Source: Phycisphaeraceae bacterium (lineage in GTDB: Bacteria; Planctomycetota; Phycisphaerae; Phycisphaerales; Zrk34). Taken from it: DNA of 16,000 bases. This document shows positions 1-8,017 of the stretch, piece by piece (the stretch's first letter is position 1; each line of letters opens with the position of its first letter). Under the pieces are notes generated by a model, which did no database searches, was not told the DNA's origin, and was given only the letters and a program-made list of their open reading frames with translations. A program made the translations under genes and the position numbers. Location: positions 21,000 through 36,999 of the forward strand of contig JANQQT010000102.1 of the NCBI GenBank assembly GCA_028284925.1. Direction: 5' to 3'.

Positions 1-115
1 GAATGGTCGCCCGAATAAACGCCAACAAATTCGGCGCATCCTCAGGCACGGCACTTCGTATCTCCACACTCCCTCCATCCTTCGTCGCATACGTCTTTGC
101 CTCGATCTTACTCAT
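1..115 (-). CDS. 5' end (first 38 codons) of a probable GNAT-family N-acetyltransferase; the gene continues beyond the left edge
   Basis: Too short for the ORF track. The reverse complement of 1-115 reads ATG AGT AAG ATC ... = MSKIEAKTYATKDGGSVEIRSAVPEDAPNLLAFIRATI and is open to the window edge. The 'VEIRSAVPEDAxxLLAF' opening resembles the first strand and helix of GNAT acetyltransferases. G-ending codons match the other native minus-strand genes. Confidence 0.4.
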   Translation of the reverse strand, partial: MSKIEAKTYATKDGGSVEIRSAVPEDAPNLLAFIRATI

Positions 116-323
116 CGCCTGTCGTTACACCTCATTCGCTTGAAAACCAGCAAAAACCATCCAAAACGTCCTATAATCTCGACGTCAAACCCAACCGGCG
201 CCGCATCCGTATTAAATGACGGTGTGCAGTATGCCGCCGGATATGCCGATAAATAGCTAGTCTGTATGCCCTCTATGGGCGGCTAGCTGTTTTCCTCCTA
301 CCCAACTTCTCGAAAGGGTAAGA

Positions 324-2627
324 ATGAGACGTTCGAAAATCGAGACCGTGCGCATGCGTGTATTGATTTATTTTTCCTTCTTCCTAGTCGCCGCTTTCAC
401 CCTGCCAACACCTGCACAGAATGCCGACAAGGATGCCGCGCCCGCTACCGCGAAGATCGAACCCAAAGGCCCACTCCTCCCCGCCGCCAATTCCAAAATC
501 TCCGCTTCCGACATTTCCGTCAACGCGTGGCGCATGGCATCCAGCGGTAAGCTGGATACCGTATGGGCGCAAATCAAAACGCTCGGCGACAAAAACAAAA
601 ACAACAACACCATCAAACAACTCGTCAACGACGTCATTGCCCACGAAGCCCACCTCAAGTCACAACGCATCAAGAATAAGGCTGAATTCGACAAGAAAAT
701 CAAAAAGCTCGATACCCACATCAAAAAAGACAAAACCCGCGACGCTCTCGCCTCGGCCATCTCCGCCCAGGGACTTGCCGAGAACGTCGAACGGTTCATG
801 AAGTCCAAACGCATCACCGCACTCGTCAAATCCGCCGAAACCCAAGCCTTTGGCTTCCAGAAACAACAGAAGTGGCTCAAGGCCTACGCCCTCTACCGCG
901 CCCTTGATCTCCTCTACGAGAACAAGCATCGCTACGATGACCAACTCGATCACATCAATCACCGCATCTCACTCCTCCAGATGTACACACCCAAACTTCT
1001 CTTCGAAATGTACAAGCAGGACGCCAAGGAACGCGGCGAAGACGAACCGGAACCCTGGCAGAACGACAAGGACCACTGGAAAAAACGCCTCGATGCCGTC
1101 AACATTGATCTTCTCAAGCAGTCCATTCGCCAAGGTGTCCGCGATCACGTCGAAGGCTCAACCTATGAAAAGCTTCTCACCGGGGCACTCCAATCCGTTC
1201 GCCGCGTCTTTTCCACCACCGGCCTCGAAAAAGCATTCCCCGAACTCGCGGACAAGGCCAAAGTCGCAAGCATGACCAAATTCATAGACGCCCAACTCAA
1301 GGCCATTAAGGACCGCAAGGAACAGATGGTCTTCACCGAAGTCGAACACGTCCTCGAAAGACTTCTCACGGCAAACTCCGTCACCGTCAAACTTCCCGAA
1401 GTCGCCATCATCCACGCACTCGGCAACGGCTCCATGTCCACACTCGACGACTTCTCCGCCATCATCTGGCCCCACCAGATGGACCGCTTTCGCCGCACCA
1501 TCTCAGGTAAATTCTCAGGCGTCGGTATCCAGATCTCCCTCGTCAACAACCAGCTTACCGTGGTTACCCCGCTCGAAGATACCCCCGCCCACCGTGCGGG
1601 GCTCCAGCCGGGCGATCGGATCGTTTCGATTGACGGCAAGGGAACCGTCGGCATCGACCTTGAACAGGCCGTCGAACGCATCACCGGCGAAGAAGGCACT
1701 GAAGTCGAACTCGGCATCAAAGGCGCCAACACCGGAAAAACACATAAAGTCAAACTCACGCGCTCCAGTATCCGCATCGTCTCCGTCAAGGGATGGGAAC
1801 GAAAAAAACAAGGTGGATGGAATTACTACATCGACCCAGCCATGAAGCTCGGCTACTTGCGTCTTACCACATTCGGCCCAAATACCGATGACGAACTTGC
1901 CGCTGCCGTGCAACAGATGAAAGAAGAAGGCGGACTCTCAGGCCTCATTGTCGACTTGCGTTTCAACCCTGGTGGGCGCCTGGACGCTGCAATTCACGTT
2001 ACCAACCGATTTATCAATCAAGGCAAGATCGTTTCCACGACACAGCGCACGCTCCTCGGCCGACCTTGGGCCGTTGAAGCCACCAAACACACCACATTCG
2101 ACGATTTCCCCGTAGTCGTTCTCATCAACAAAGGCTCCGCATCTGCCAGCGAGATCCTTTCCGGAGCACTCAAGGTCCACAAACGCGCACTCGTCGTCGG
2201 CGAGAATTCCTTTGGAAAAGGCAGCGTCCAGAACATCTTCCCTATCAACGACGGCGCCGCCTACCTCAAGCTCACCACCGCCTATTACAAAATCCCCGAC
2301 GACTCCATCATCCACCGCAGGCCGGGCAAAAAGAAATGGGGTATCGCGCCCGATGTCCCCGTTCTCGTCACCGAGCGCCAGGTTGCTCAGGCCGTCGAGG
2401 CTCGCATGATCCTCGATATCGTGCGCGACCCTAAAAAAGGTAAGTTCGATCCCAATTCCGTCCTTAGCAAACGCAAACCTAAAAAGAACAACGATGAGGA
2501 TGAACCGCGACCAAGGACCATCGTCAAATCCGCAAGCGAAATCCTCGAACGAGGACTTGACCCGCAACTTCAAACCGGCCTGCTACTCCTCAAGGCGCGA
2601 CTACTCGCCACCAAGGCTCAGGGCTGA
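324..2627 (+). CDS. S41-family C-terminal processing (tail-specific) peptidase with PDZ domain, secreted
   Basis: 767-aa ORF. The ATG at 324 has AAGGG 7 nt upstream. There is an N-terminal signal-like hydrophobic stretch (VLIYFSFFLVAAFTLPTPAQ). A PDZ-like segment reads GVGIQISL...PAHRAGLQPGDRIVSIDG. S41 hallmarks are LIVDLRFNPGG, the nucleophile context NKGSASASEI and the Lys context SFGKGSVQ. An unusually long (~390 aa) Lys-rich region precedes the PDZ, and a Lys/Asp-rich tail follows the protease core. Confidence 0.9.
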   Translation: MRRSKIETVRMRVLIYFSFFLVAAFTLPTPAQNADKDAAPATAKIEPKGPLLPAANSKISASDISVNAWRMASSGKLDTVWAQIKTLGDKNKNNNTIKQLVNDVIAHEAHLKSQRIKNKAEFDKKIKKLDTHIKKDKTRDALASAISAQGLAENVERFMKSKRITALVKSAETQAFGFQKQQKWLKAYALYRALDLLYENKHRYDDQLDHINHRISLLQMYTPKLLFEMYKQDAKERGEDEPEPWQNDKDHWKKRLDAVNIDLLKQSIRQGVRDHVEGSTYEKLLTGALQSVRRVFSTTGLEKAFPELADKAKVASMTKFIDAQLKAIKDRKEQMVFTEVEHVLERLLTANSVTVKLPEVAIIHALGNGSMSTLDDFSAIIWPHQMDRFRRTISGKFSGVGIQISLVNNQLTVVTPLEDTPAHRAGLQPGDRIVSIDGKGTVGIDLEQAVERITGEEGTEVELGIKGANTGKTHKVKLTRSSIRIVSVKGWERKKQGGWNYYIDPAMKLGYLRLTTFGPNTDDELAAAVQQMKEEGGLSGLIVDLRFNPGGRLDAAIHVTNRFINQGKIVSTTQRTLLGRPWAVEATKHTTFDDFPVVVLINKGSASASEILSGALKVHKRALVVGENSFGKGSVQNIFPINDGAAYLKLTTAYYKIPDDSIIHRRPGKKKWGIAPDVPVLVTERQVAQAVEARMILDIVRDPKKGKFDPNSVLSKRKPKKNNDEDEPRPRTIVKSASEILERGLDPQLQTGLLLLKARLLATKAQG

Positions 2628-2639
2628 ATCACACCCGGA

Positions 2640-3545
2640 CTAGTATCCAAAGACTAAGCGCTTGACCCTCACCTTTCGGGGTAATGGAACTACCACCACC
2701 GCGGATTCTGCGTTTTTTAGACCCGCCACCCGTATCTCCGTGACACCCACAAACTTATTTTCCTTTTCAAACAGCTCCACCCTTAGATAACCGCGCATTA
2801 GCGTCTCATACGCCATCCGCTCTCTTGCCGTCTTCGCTCCTTGAATGGCCTTCTCATATGCCTCGTCACTCGCCGGAAAACGGTCACCACGCTTCAGCGT
2901 AATCTGTAAACCTCCAGCCTTCCCACCTTTCATTTTCCGCTCATCCGACACCTCCGTTATCACTTCCTCATAACCCGACAAATCAATCTTAATCTCCTTC
3001 ACAGATGTCGGTGTTAATGTATTAACCACACCTGAAAACAATTCACCCAAATCCAAAAATAAGCTCGCAACTCCCACCAGCGCCAACGCCACCACCAAAC
3101 CCATCAACCCTACCTTCAACTTATCCTTCATCTCAATCGGTGCGGGAGGCCCAACCGTCTTTGCGTCCACTGTTCGCGTTTCTACGCTCACACTTCCGGA
3201 TGGATCCGCCAGGTACACCGCCTGCACTTCCTCGCCTTTCCGATACTCCATCGAACGCAACGTCGAGTACACACTCCCGCGCGTTTCCTCCCCGATCGCC
3301 TCCATCAACTGCTCCATCGCCTGGCGAATCACCTCGTGTGGAACCTCACCGATCTCTTCCACCGATTGTGCTTCGGTCACCGGCATAATGCTGAATGCCC
3401 CCAAGGTGTGATCCAGCGTAAAACGCAACCCGTTTGACTTGCAGAACGAAACCCACTCACCCAATCGATCCGCACCCTCCTCGTCAGCCAAGCGACCTTC
3501 TACAAGACCATCCAGTACTATCGTGCCTTCGACCTTATCGCTCAT
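2640..3545 (-). CDS. Hypothetical bitopic membrane protein (about 143 aa N-terminal domain, one TM, about 135 aa C-terminal domain); no family recognised
   Basis: 301-aa ORF using the G/T-ending codons typical of native minus-strand genes. It has a single central hydrophobic helix (KVGLMGLVVALALVGVASLFLDLG, aa ~144-167). Its ATG (3545-3543) overlaps the TGA (3544-3542) of the upstream GYF gene as ATGA, which indicates translational coupling. Confidence 0.7.
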   Translation of the reverse strand: MSDKVEGTIVLDGLVEGRLADEEGADRLGEWVSFCKSNGLRFTLDHTLGAFSIMPVTEAQSVEEIGEVPHEVIRQAMEQLMEAIGEETRGSVYSTLRSMEYRKGEEVQAVYLADPSGSVSVETRTVDAKTVGPPAPIEMKDKLKVGLMGLVVALALVGVASLFLDLGELFSGVVNTLTPTSVKEIKIDLSGYEEVITEVSDERKMKGGKAGGLQITLKRGDRFPASDEAYEKAIQGAKTARERMAYETLMRGYLRVELFEKENKFVGVTEIRVAGLKNAESAVVVVPLPRKVRVKRLVFGY

Positions 3546-4255
3546 GCTTCAAAATACTTCCTTAATCCATTGATCTGCCCCGCAGCCTTCCAGTCCGTCA
3601 ACTCCTCAGTCCAGACCAGCGTCTCTGTAGATATCTCTCCAAACCGGATCTTCGCAATTAATTGAGGCTCGGGAATCGGTCCCTTCGGCTCACCACTCAA
3701 CTCATAATGCCATTCACGCACACTCACCGCAGGACTTGTAACAGGTGGAACGGGCGGCGGCGTGGCAGCATTTGGCGGCGGTGGAGGACTCGACGTCCCA
3801 CCACTCCCGGGATTGGGATTGATACCCGCTGCAGCCGCCGCCAGGCCGTCAAGCCCCTCTTTCGCATGCCCACCCGTCTCTTGTCCCCCGTCCAGCAAAT
3901 ACTGCTGCGCCGTTGCTCCAGGTAACGCCGATCCTACCTGCTTTGTATCCAAGCCCATATGATCATCATGCACATCAAGCCGGGCCGTCGCATGCTGTCG
4001 AAAAGCCTCTTGCTTCATGCGTTCCTGATGCAACTGTTCACGCAAACGACGATTCTCACGCGATACATGCTGACGATGTGCCTGCTGCTCCTTCAGATTT
4101 GCAATCACCGCAACAATGATGATCCCAATAATATCAAGAAAAAAACCGCCGAAAAACCAACCGATCGTACTGCGTCCCTTGGATGACGCGATTGCCGCCG
4201 CGATCGCTCCACAGATCACTTTAAGAATGATGATGAATATAAACTGATCTTCCAT
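3542..4255 (-). CDS. Membrane protein with two N-terminal TM helices, a basic coiled segment, a Pro-rich linker and a C-terminal GYF_2 (DUF4339-type) domain
   Basis: 237-aa ORF with its ATG at 4255. TM helices are FIFIIILKVICGAIAAAIA and GWFFGGFFLDIIGIIIVAVIA. The linker reads SSPPPPPNAATPPPVPPVTSP. The C-terminal WHYELSGEPKGPIPEPQLIAKIRFGEISTETLVWTEELTDWKAAGQINGL matches the GYF_2 pattern (W-Y...G...GP.....L......G.I...TLVW.EG..DW..A). Confidence 0.8.
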   Translation of the reverse strand: MEDQFIFIIILKVICGAIAAAIASSKGRSTIGWFFGGFFLDIIGIIIVAVIANLKEQQAHRQHVSRENRRLREQLHQERMKQEAFRQHATARLDVHDDHMGLDTKQVGSALPGATAQQYLLDGGQETGGHAKEGLDGLAAAAAGINPNPGSGGTSSPPPPPNAATPPPVPPVTSPAVSVREWHYELSGEPKGPIPEPQLIAKIRFGEISTETLVWTEELTDWKAAGQINGLRKYFEA

Positions 4256-4280
4256 TTGCTCTATTACCCTCTAACTCGCG

Positions 4281-4318
4281 CCGGCGACTCCGAATTCCAA
4301 AGGCCACACCCCGGCGAC
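4281..4318. repeat. Direct repeat CCGGCGAC x2 spaced 30 nt, in the leader/promoter region of the GYF_2 gene
   Basis: Exact 8-mers lie at 4281-4288 and 4311-4318, inside the 88-nt spacer between the CPBP stop (4344) and the GYF start (4255). The statistical support is marginal for an 8-mer in GC-rich DNA. Confidence 0.25.
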
Positions 4319-4343
4319 CCACAAAATCTCGAACCATAACAGG

Positions 4344-5315
4344 CTACACAGAATACAACGCAATTTCAATCACGATCCAATTATGCAAAAAATGGATCAA
4401 CATGCTTGGATACAAACTCCCCGTCTTCAACTTCACCCAGCCAAGCAACATCCCCACCAGAAACAGTATGGGAAAACTGATGATCGAACCGTGAATTGCC
4501 GCAAACAACGCCGACGCCAACAGCAACGCCCTCCACGGCTTGATCGCTGTCTGCAACCAGTGCTGCACCAGACCACGAAACGCGATCTCCTCACAAATCG
4601 CCGGCGCCAGACATACCGTCACAATCAACGTCCAACGACCAATACCCGAATCCACCAACATCTCCACGATCCCCCGCCCTCCCTCTCCAGGCATCAGTCG
4701 ACTCATCAACGCGTGATAACCCAAATTCACCGCCAAGGCCCCAACCAACATCAACAACCCCCAATACGCCGCCGGGTGATTAAACCCTATTCTCCTGAAC
4801 TGAACCACCATGGATGGCCAGTAAATTGCCGCAAAAATACACGTGGTCACAAAAACCGCCAAATCATTCAAATACAACTGAAGATCAGGACGACTCTCTT
4901 GAAATAGCCTCCCCACAATCGCCACACCTACCAACACCGCCACATACGTCCAGAACACCGTCCACACACGCGGCGCCTTCCGCGCAATCAACTCACCCTC
5001 ACCCATCGGCCGCGGCATTGACGCCGTCACTACGGTCGAGATATCCTTATAAGGCGTCCCGCAGGAGGTACAAAAATAAAACGCAGGATTCAACGTAGCC
5101 CCACAATAAGAGCACCCGGTCGCAGAAATCGTACTCCGTCTTCCAGGCCCCCGGCTCTCAATCAACCCCGAATAATCATCCACCATTGAACCGACGGGTG
5201 CACCCCCCGCCTGCGAATCAGATTCACCAGTAGACGTACTCTGCAACTCCGATGCTTCCTTCGAACCATCCGACCCGCGCGAATATTTGAATTGCCGGGA
5301 TCCGTACTTATCCAT
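4344..5315 (-). CDS. CPBP-family (CAAX/Abi-like, Rce1-type) intramembrane protease with an N-terminal zinc-ribbon
   Basis: 323-aa ORF. The cytoplasmic N-terminus carries CSYCGATLNPAFYFCTSCGTPY (CxxC-x12-CxxC). Multiple TM helices follow. The three CPBP motifs are present in order: EEIAFRG (EExxxR), FAAIHG (FxxxH) and HFLHN (HxxxN). Confidence 0.85.
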   Translation of the reverse strand: MDKYGSRQFKYSRGSDGSKEASELQSTSTGESDSQAGGAPVGSMVDDYSGLIESRGPGRRSTISATGCSYCGATLNPAFYFCTSCGTPYKDISTVVTASMPRPMGEGELIARKAPRVWTVFWTYVAVLVGVAIVGRLFQESRPDLQLYLNDLAVFVTTCIFAAIYWPSMVVQFRRIGFNHPAAYWGLLMLVGALAVNLGYHALMSRLMPGEGGRGIVEMLVDSGIGRWTLIVTVCLAPAICEEIAFRGLVQHWLQTAIKPWRALLLASALFAAIHGSIISFPILFLVGMLLGWVKLKTGSLYPSMLIHFLHNWIVIEIALYSV

Positions 5316-5374
5316 ACGTCCCCATCATAGCACATACTCAGCCCCCAAAACTGGGGTACATCGAATGTCTGCCC

Positions 5375-6385
5375 TCACACACCCATCCACCCTATAACGC
5401 TTCTTCCACGCCTCCCCAAACCCAAAAGAACCAACGCTACCGTCATAACGCCAATCACCGCAGGCTCCGGAATCACCGTCACCTCCGTCAATGTCACACC
5501 GGGCGTATCCGTCGAAAATTCAACAAATATCGTGTCAAGAAAATCAGACTCAGCGATCCAGCCCACACTCCCCACAAACACTTCCGATGTCAACCTCACC
5601 TCCACCGCAAACTCATCCAAAAATGAAAGCGTAAACAGATCATCCAGCATCAAATCCACATCCAGCTCACGTTCATGCACATCCTCATCCGGATTGATAT
5701 CCATCGCCGACCAGAAAGGCGCCCACTCAGGCGATACCTCGAAACCTACCGAACCCGTCCGTTCCAATGCCGCATCCACATTCAACAACGTCTGAGACCC
5801 CAGCAAAGGTACGTGCAACACGACTTCGACACCCACACGCGCCCTAACGTTCGCCTCAATCTCACCGGCCCCACCGCCAACCCCATCTACCGACCCAGGC
5901 GCAGGCCCGGGCGGCGGGATGATCGGCGTATCATCCGTCACCAACAACAACCCCTCCCCCAACAGGGTCACATCGATTGGAACCGCTGAGCCTCCCTCCG
6001 AACTCAATTCAAATCTGCGCAAGTACGACGCTGTCGCCGTACTGTAAGATCCCTCCGAATCCGTCGGGACGCCCAATACCGGAAACACTGCTGACGTCTC
6101 CGCACCAAGCCCTCCGCCAATCGAGGCCCGCGCCAATCCCACCGTCGATGCGCCCAGGCTCGCAGCCTCTGTCGCCGCATTCACCTCATCCCCCAGACTC
6201 AAAGGCCCACGCTCCTTCAGATCATTATCAGCCACATCCTCCTCGACGCTTCGAGGCGCCACCGAATTCGCCTCCGCCCTGATCCATGGCCCCAACAGAT
6301 CATCCGCCTTCGTGTCCAATCCAACCGTACCGACAATCGCAAACATGGACACCAGCCCCGCCATCCTTGCTCCGTGCATTGACAT
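5375..6385 (-). CDS. Secreted, highly acidic PEP-CTERM sorting-domain protein
   Basis: The ORF track starts at TTG 6400. I prefer ATG 6385 (MSMHGARMAGLVSMFAIVGTVG..., signal-like) because GAGGA lies about 9 nt upstream. The C-terminus VIPEPAVIGVMTVALVLLGLGRRGR has the PEP motif (nt 5462-5470), a TM helix and an Arg cluster, which is the canonical PEP-CTERM architecture. The body is Asp/Glu/Gly/Val-rich and matches no recognisable family. Confidence 0.8.
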   Translation of the reverse strand: MSMHGARMAGLVSMFAIVGTVGLDTKADDLLGPWIRAEANSVAPRSVEEDVADNDLKERGPLSLGDEVNAATEAASLGASTVGLARASIGGGLGAETSAVFPVLGVPTDSEGSYSTATASYLRRFELSSEGGSAVPIDVTLLGEGLLLVTDDTPIIPPPGPAPGSVDGVGGGAGEIEANVRARVGVEVVLHVPLLGSQTLLNVDAALERTGSVGFEVSPEWAPFWSAMDINPDEDVHERELDVDLMLDDLFTLSFLDEFAVEVRLTSEVFVGSVGWIAESDFLDTIFVEFSTDTPGVTLTEVTVIPEPAVIGVMTVALVLLGLGRRGRSVIGWMGV

Positions 6386-6567
6386 GGCTTTTTTCCTCAA
6401 TTCCGCTAATCTGAGAATCCAGATTCACTAACGAACCCACATACAAAAAAACAGCGATGACAAACCAATCATCAGTCCGCGAGGATTCTCAATTGATACC
6501 GGTTCCAATTTCACCTTTTTCCGACGTACCACACGTCGCATCTCACGGCGCACTATACAGGTTTACC

Positions 6568-6589
6568 AAGTCCCATGCAAGGACTTTTT
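6568..6589 (+). terminator. Weak hairpin with a T-run, terminator-like only on the + strand; function uncertain
   Basis: AAGTCC (6568-6573), a 7-nt loop, GGACTT (6581-6586), then TTT. It lies 63-84 nt beyond the peroxidase stop. On the minus-strand transcript the hairpin is preceded by A's and not followed by U's. No + strand gene lies upstream. Confidence 0.2.
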
Positions 6590-6651
6590 CAAGACAAAGG
6601 CGCATACCGTGACACAACCAGTACCTTCTTCAATTTCCTATTGATCGCCCC

Positions 6652-7809
6652 TTAGCTCGGATCAGGCTTTGGCGTATCCGCCGTCGACTTCGGCAACTCG
6701 GGCTTCTTGATGTACTCCATTGGCAACTCACCCGTCAGCGATTCCAGAAACGCAACGATCGACGCAACATCCTCATCACTCAACTCTTTATTCAGCTGAT
6801 GCCGCGCCATCAACCGAACCGCCTCTCCCAAATCCTTCACCGACCCGTCATGAAAATAGGGGCCGGTCTTCGCTATATTCCGCAAAGATGGAACCTTGAA
6901 GAAATACTTCAATGCCGGATTCTTAGTCGGGCCGGCTTGGCCTTCATCCTTTAAGTTTGGCCACGGCTTCTGCTCGCCAAGTTTGCGAAACATCGATCCG
7001 CCCAAGTGAGGCCCAATGTGACAAGTAAAACAAGACGTCGCCATGAATGTATTCAACCCCTTCTTCTGCTCATTCGTCAACGCATTGTCATCACCGGCCA
7101 AAAACTTGTCGAACGGGCTCGGCGTCACCAACCCACGCTCAAACGCCCCAATCGCTCTCCCAATATTCTGATACGTCACCGCCTTCGTCTCACCCTCAAA
7201 CGCCTTTTCAAACGCTTCCACATACTCAGGCATCGAATTGATCACCTTCAACACCGCCTCCTCACTCGGCATCGCCATTTCAATCGGATTCATGATCGGC
7301 CCCAACGCCTGCTCCTCAACATCCTTCGCTCGCCCATCCCAAAACTGCTTCACGTGACCCGCCGCATGATAAACCGTTGGTGAACTACGCCCCCCACGTT
7401 GCATTCGATGCCCAGGCGACGTCGCCAAATTATCTGTCCCCCACTTATCCAGCATATGACAACTGTTACACGAGATATCATGGTTTTTACTCAAACGCGC
7501 ATCGTAATACAACATCCGACCAAGATCGATCTGCGCGTTCGTTGCCGGCTTACCTTCAATATCGATCCTCCCGGTCTCCGGCAGCTTCCCAAACACCGCC
7601 AACATCGCACGATTTACCTTTACATCACCATCCGGTGTACCACCCTTCGCCTTGGAACCATCCTTCTTCTCGTCACCCTTTTTATCCCTCCCCTTCTTCT
7701 CATCCTTCTTCGTGCCGCCCTTCTTCCCGTCATCCTTCTTTCCACAACCCGGCGCCCCAACCAAAACCACCCCCAACAAAACCACCAACATCGATCGAAT
7801 CCAATTCAT
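6652..7809 (-). CDS. ccp: Di-haem cytochrome c peroxidase (CCP/MauG family), probably a lipoprotein with a Lys-rich tether
   Basis: There are two CxxCH haem-c motifs (CNSCH and CFTCH), plus the family signature PSLRNIAKTGPYFHDGS. I place the start at ATG 7809 (MNWIRSMLVVLLGVVLVGAPGC) rather than 7848, because GGAG lies about 9 nt upstream and this gives a signal peptide with a lipobox-like APG-C. The low-complexity linker KKDDGKKGGTKKDEKKGRDKKGDEKKDGSKAKGG (nt ~7639-7743) follows the Cys. Confidence 0.92.
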   Translation of the reverse strand: MNWIRSMLVVLLGVVLVGAPGCGKKDDGKKGGTKKDEKKGRDKKGDEKKDGSKAKGGTPDGDVKVNRAMLAVFGKLPETGRIDIEGKPATNAQIDLGRMLYYDARLSKNHDISCNSCHMLDKWGTDNLATSPGHRMQRGGRSSPTVYHAAGHVKQFWDGRAKDVEEQALGPIMNPIEMAMPSEEAVLKVINSMPEYVEAFEKAFEGETKAVTYQNIGRAIGAFERGLVTPSPFDKFLAGDDNALTNEQKKGLNTFMATSCFTCHIGPHLGGSMFRKLGEQKPWPNLKDEGQAGPTKNPALKYFFKVPSLRNIAKTGPYFHDGSVKDLGEAVRLMARHQLNKELSDEDVASIVAFLESLTGELPMEYIKKPELPKSTADTPKPDPS

Positions 7810-7954
7810 TTTGTTTACTCCATCTGTGCAGCCAGACAGGCATACCACGATTAACTGCTAAACACACTCTTCATATCGCTTTCAGTCGAGTCCCCGAAAC
7901 ATGGTCAAAGATTGTATCAGGAATGACTCGCCCTAACGAGCAAATCAGTGCCAC

Positions 7955-7982
7955 AAAAAAACGCCCGCCGAATTGGCGAGCG
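7955..7982 (-). terminator. Rho-independent terminator downstream of the cytochrome b562-like gene
   Basis: The minus-strand RNA reads CGCUCGCC-AAUUC-GGCGGGCG, an 8-bp GC-rich stem with one G-U pair. It is followed immediately by UUUUUUU (the A-run at 7955-7961 on the + strand). It sits about 35 nt after the stop at 8018. Confidence 0.65.
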
Positions 7983-8017
7983 CCGAAAATCATGATTTCA
8001 AACTACGGACGAGAAAA

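Noticed and set aside
140-177. A perfect TATAAT (172-177) and a TTGAAA (140-145) upstream of the S41 peptidase gene, as a sigma-70 promoter.
   Set aside because: The spacing between the two hexamers is 26 nt, against the canonical 17 +/- 1. There is no TG extended -10, and the hexamer at the correct -35 distance (agcaaa) is poor. It may still be a promoter in this lineage, but that cannot be supported from sequence alone.
5343-5356. Hairpin CCCCA-aaac-TGGGG between the PEP-CTERM stop and the CPBP start, as a terminator.
   Set aside because: The stem is only 5 bp and no U-tract follows on the minus-strand transcript. The genes are more likely co-transcribed.
7810-7848. N-terminal extensions proposed by the ORF track: MVCLSGCTDGVNK on the peroxidase, TTG 6400 on the PEP-CTERM gene, GTG 10486 on the 124-aa ORF, and TTG 15969 as the start of the kinase.
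   Set aside because: Internal ATGs with Shine-Dalgarno-like sequences give proper signal peptides or better spacing. The kinase frame is open to the window edge, so 15969 is not a start.
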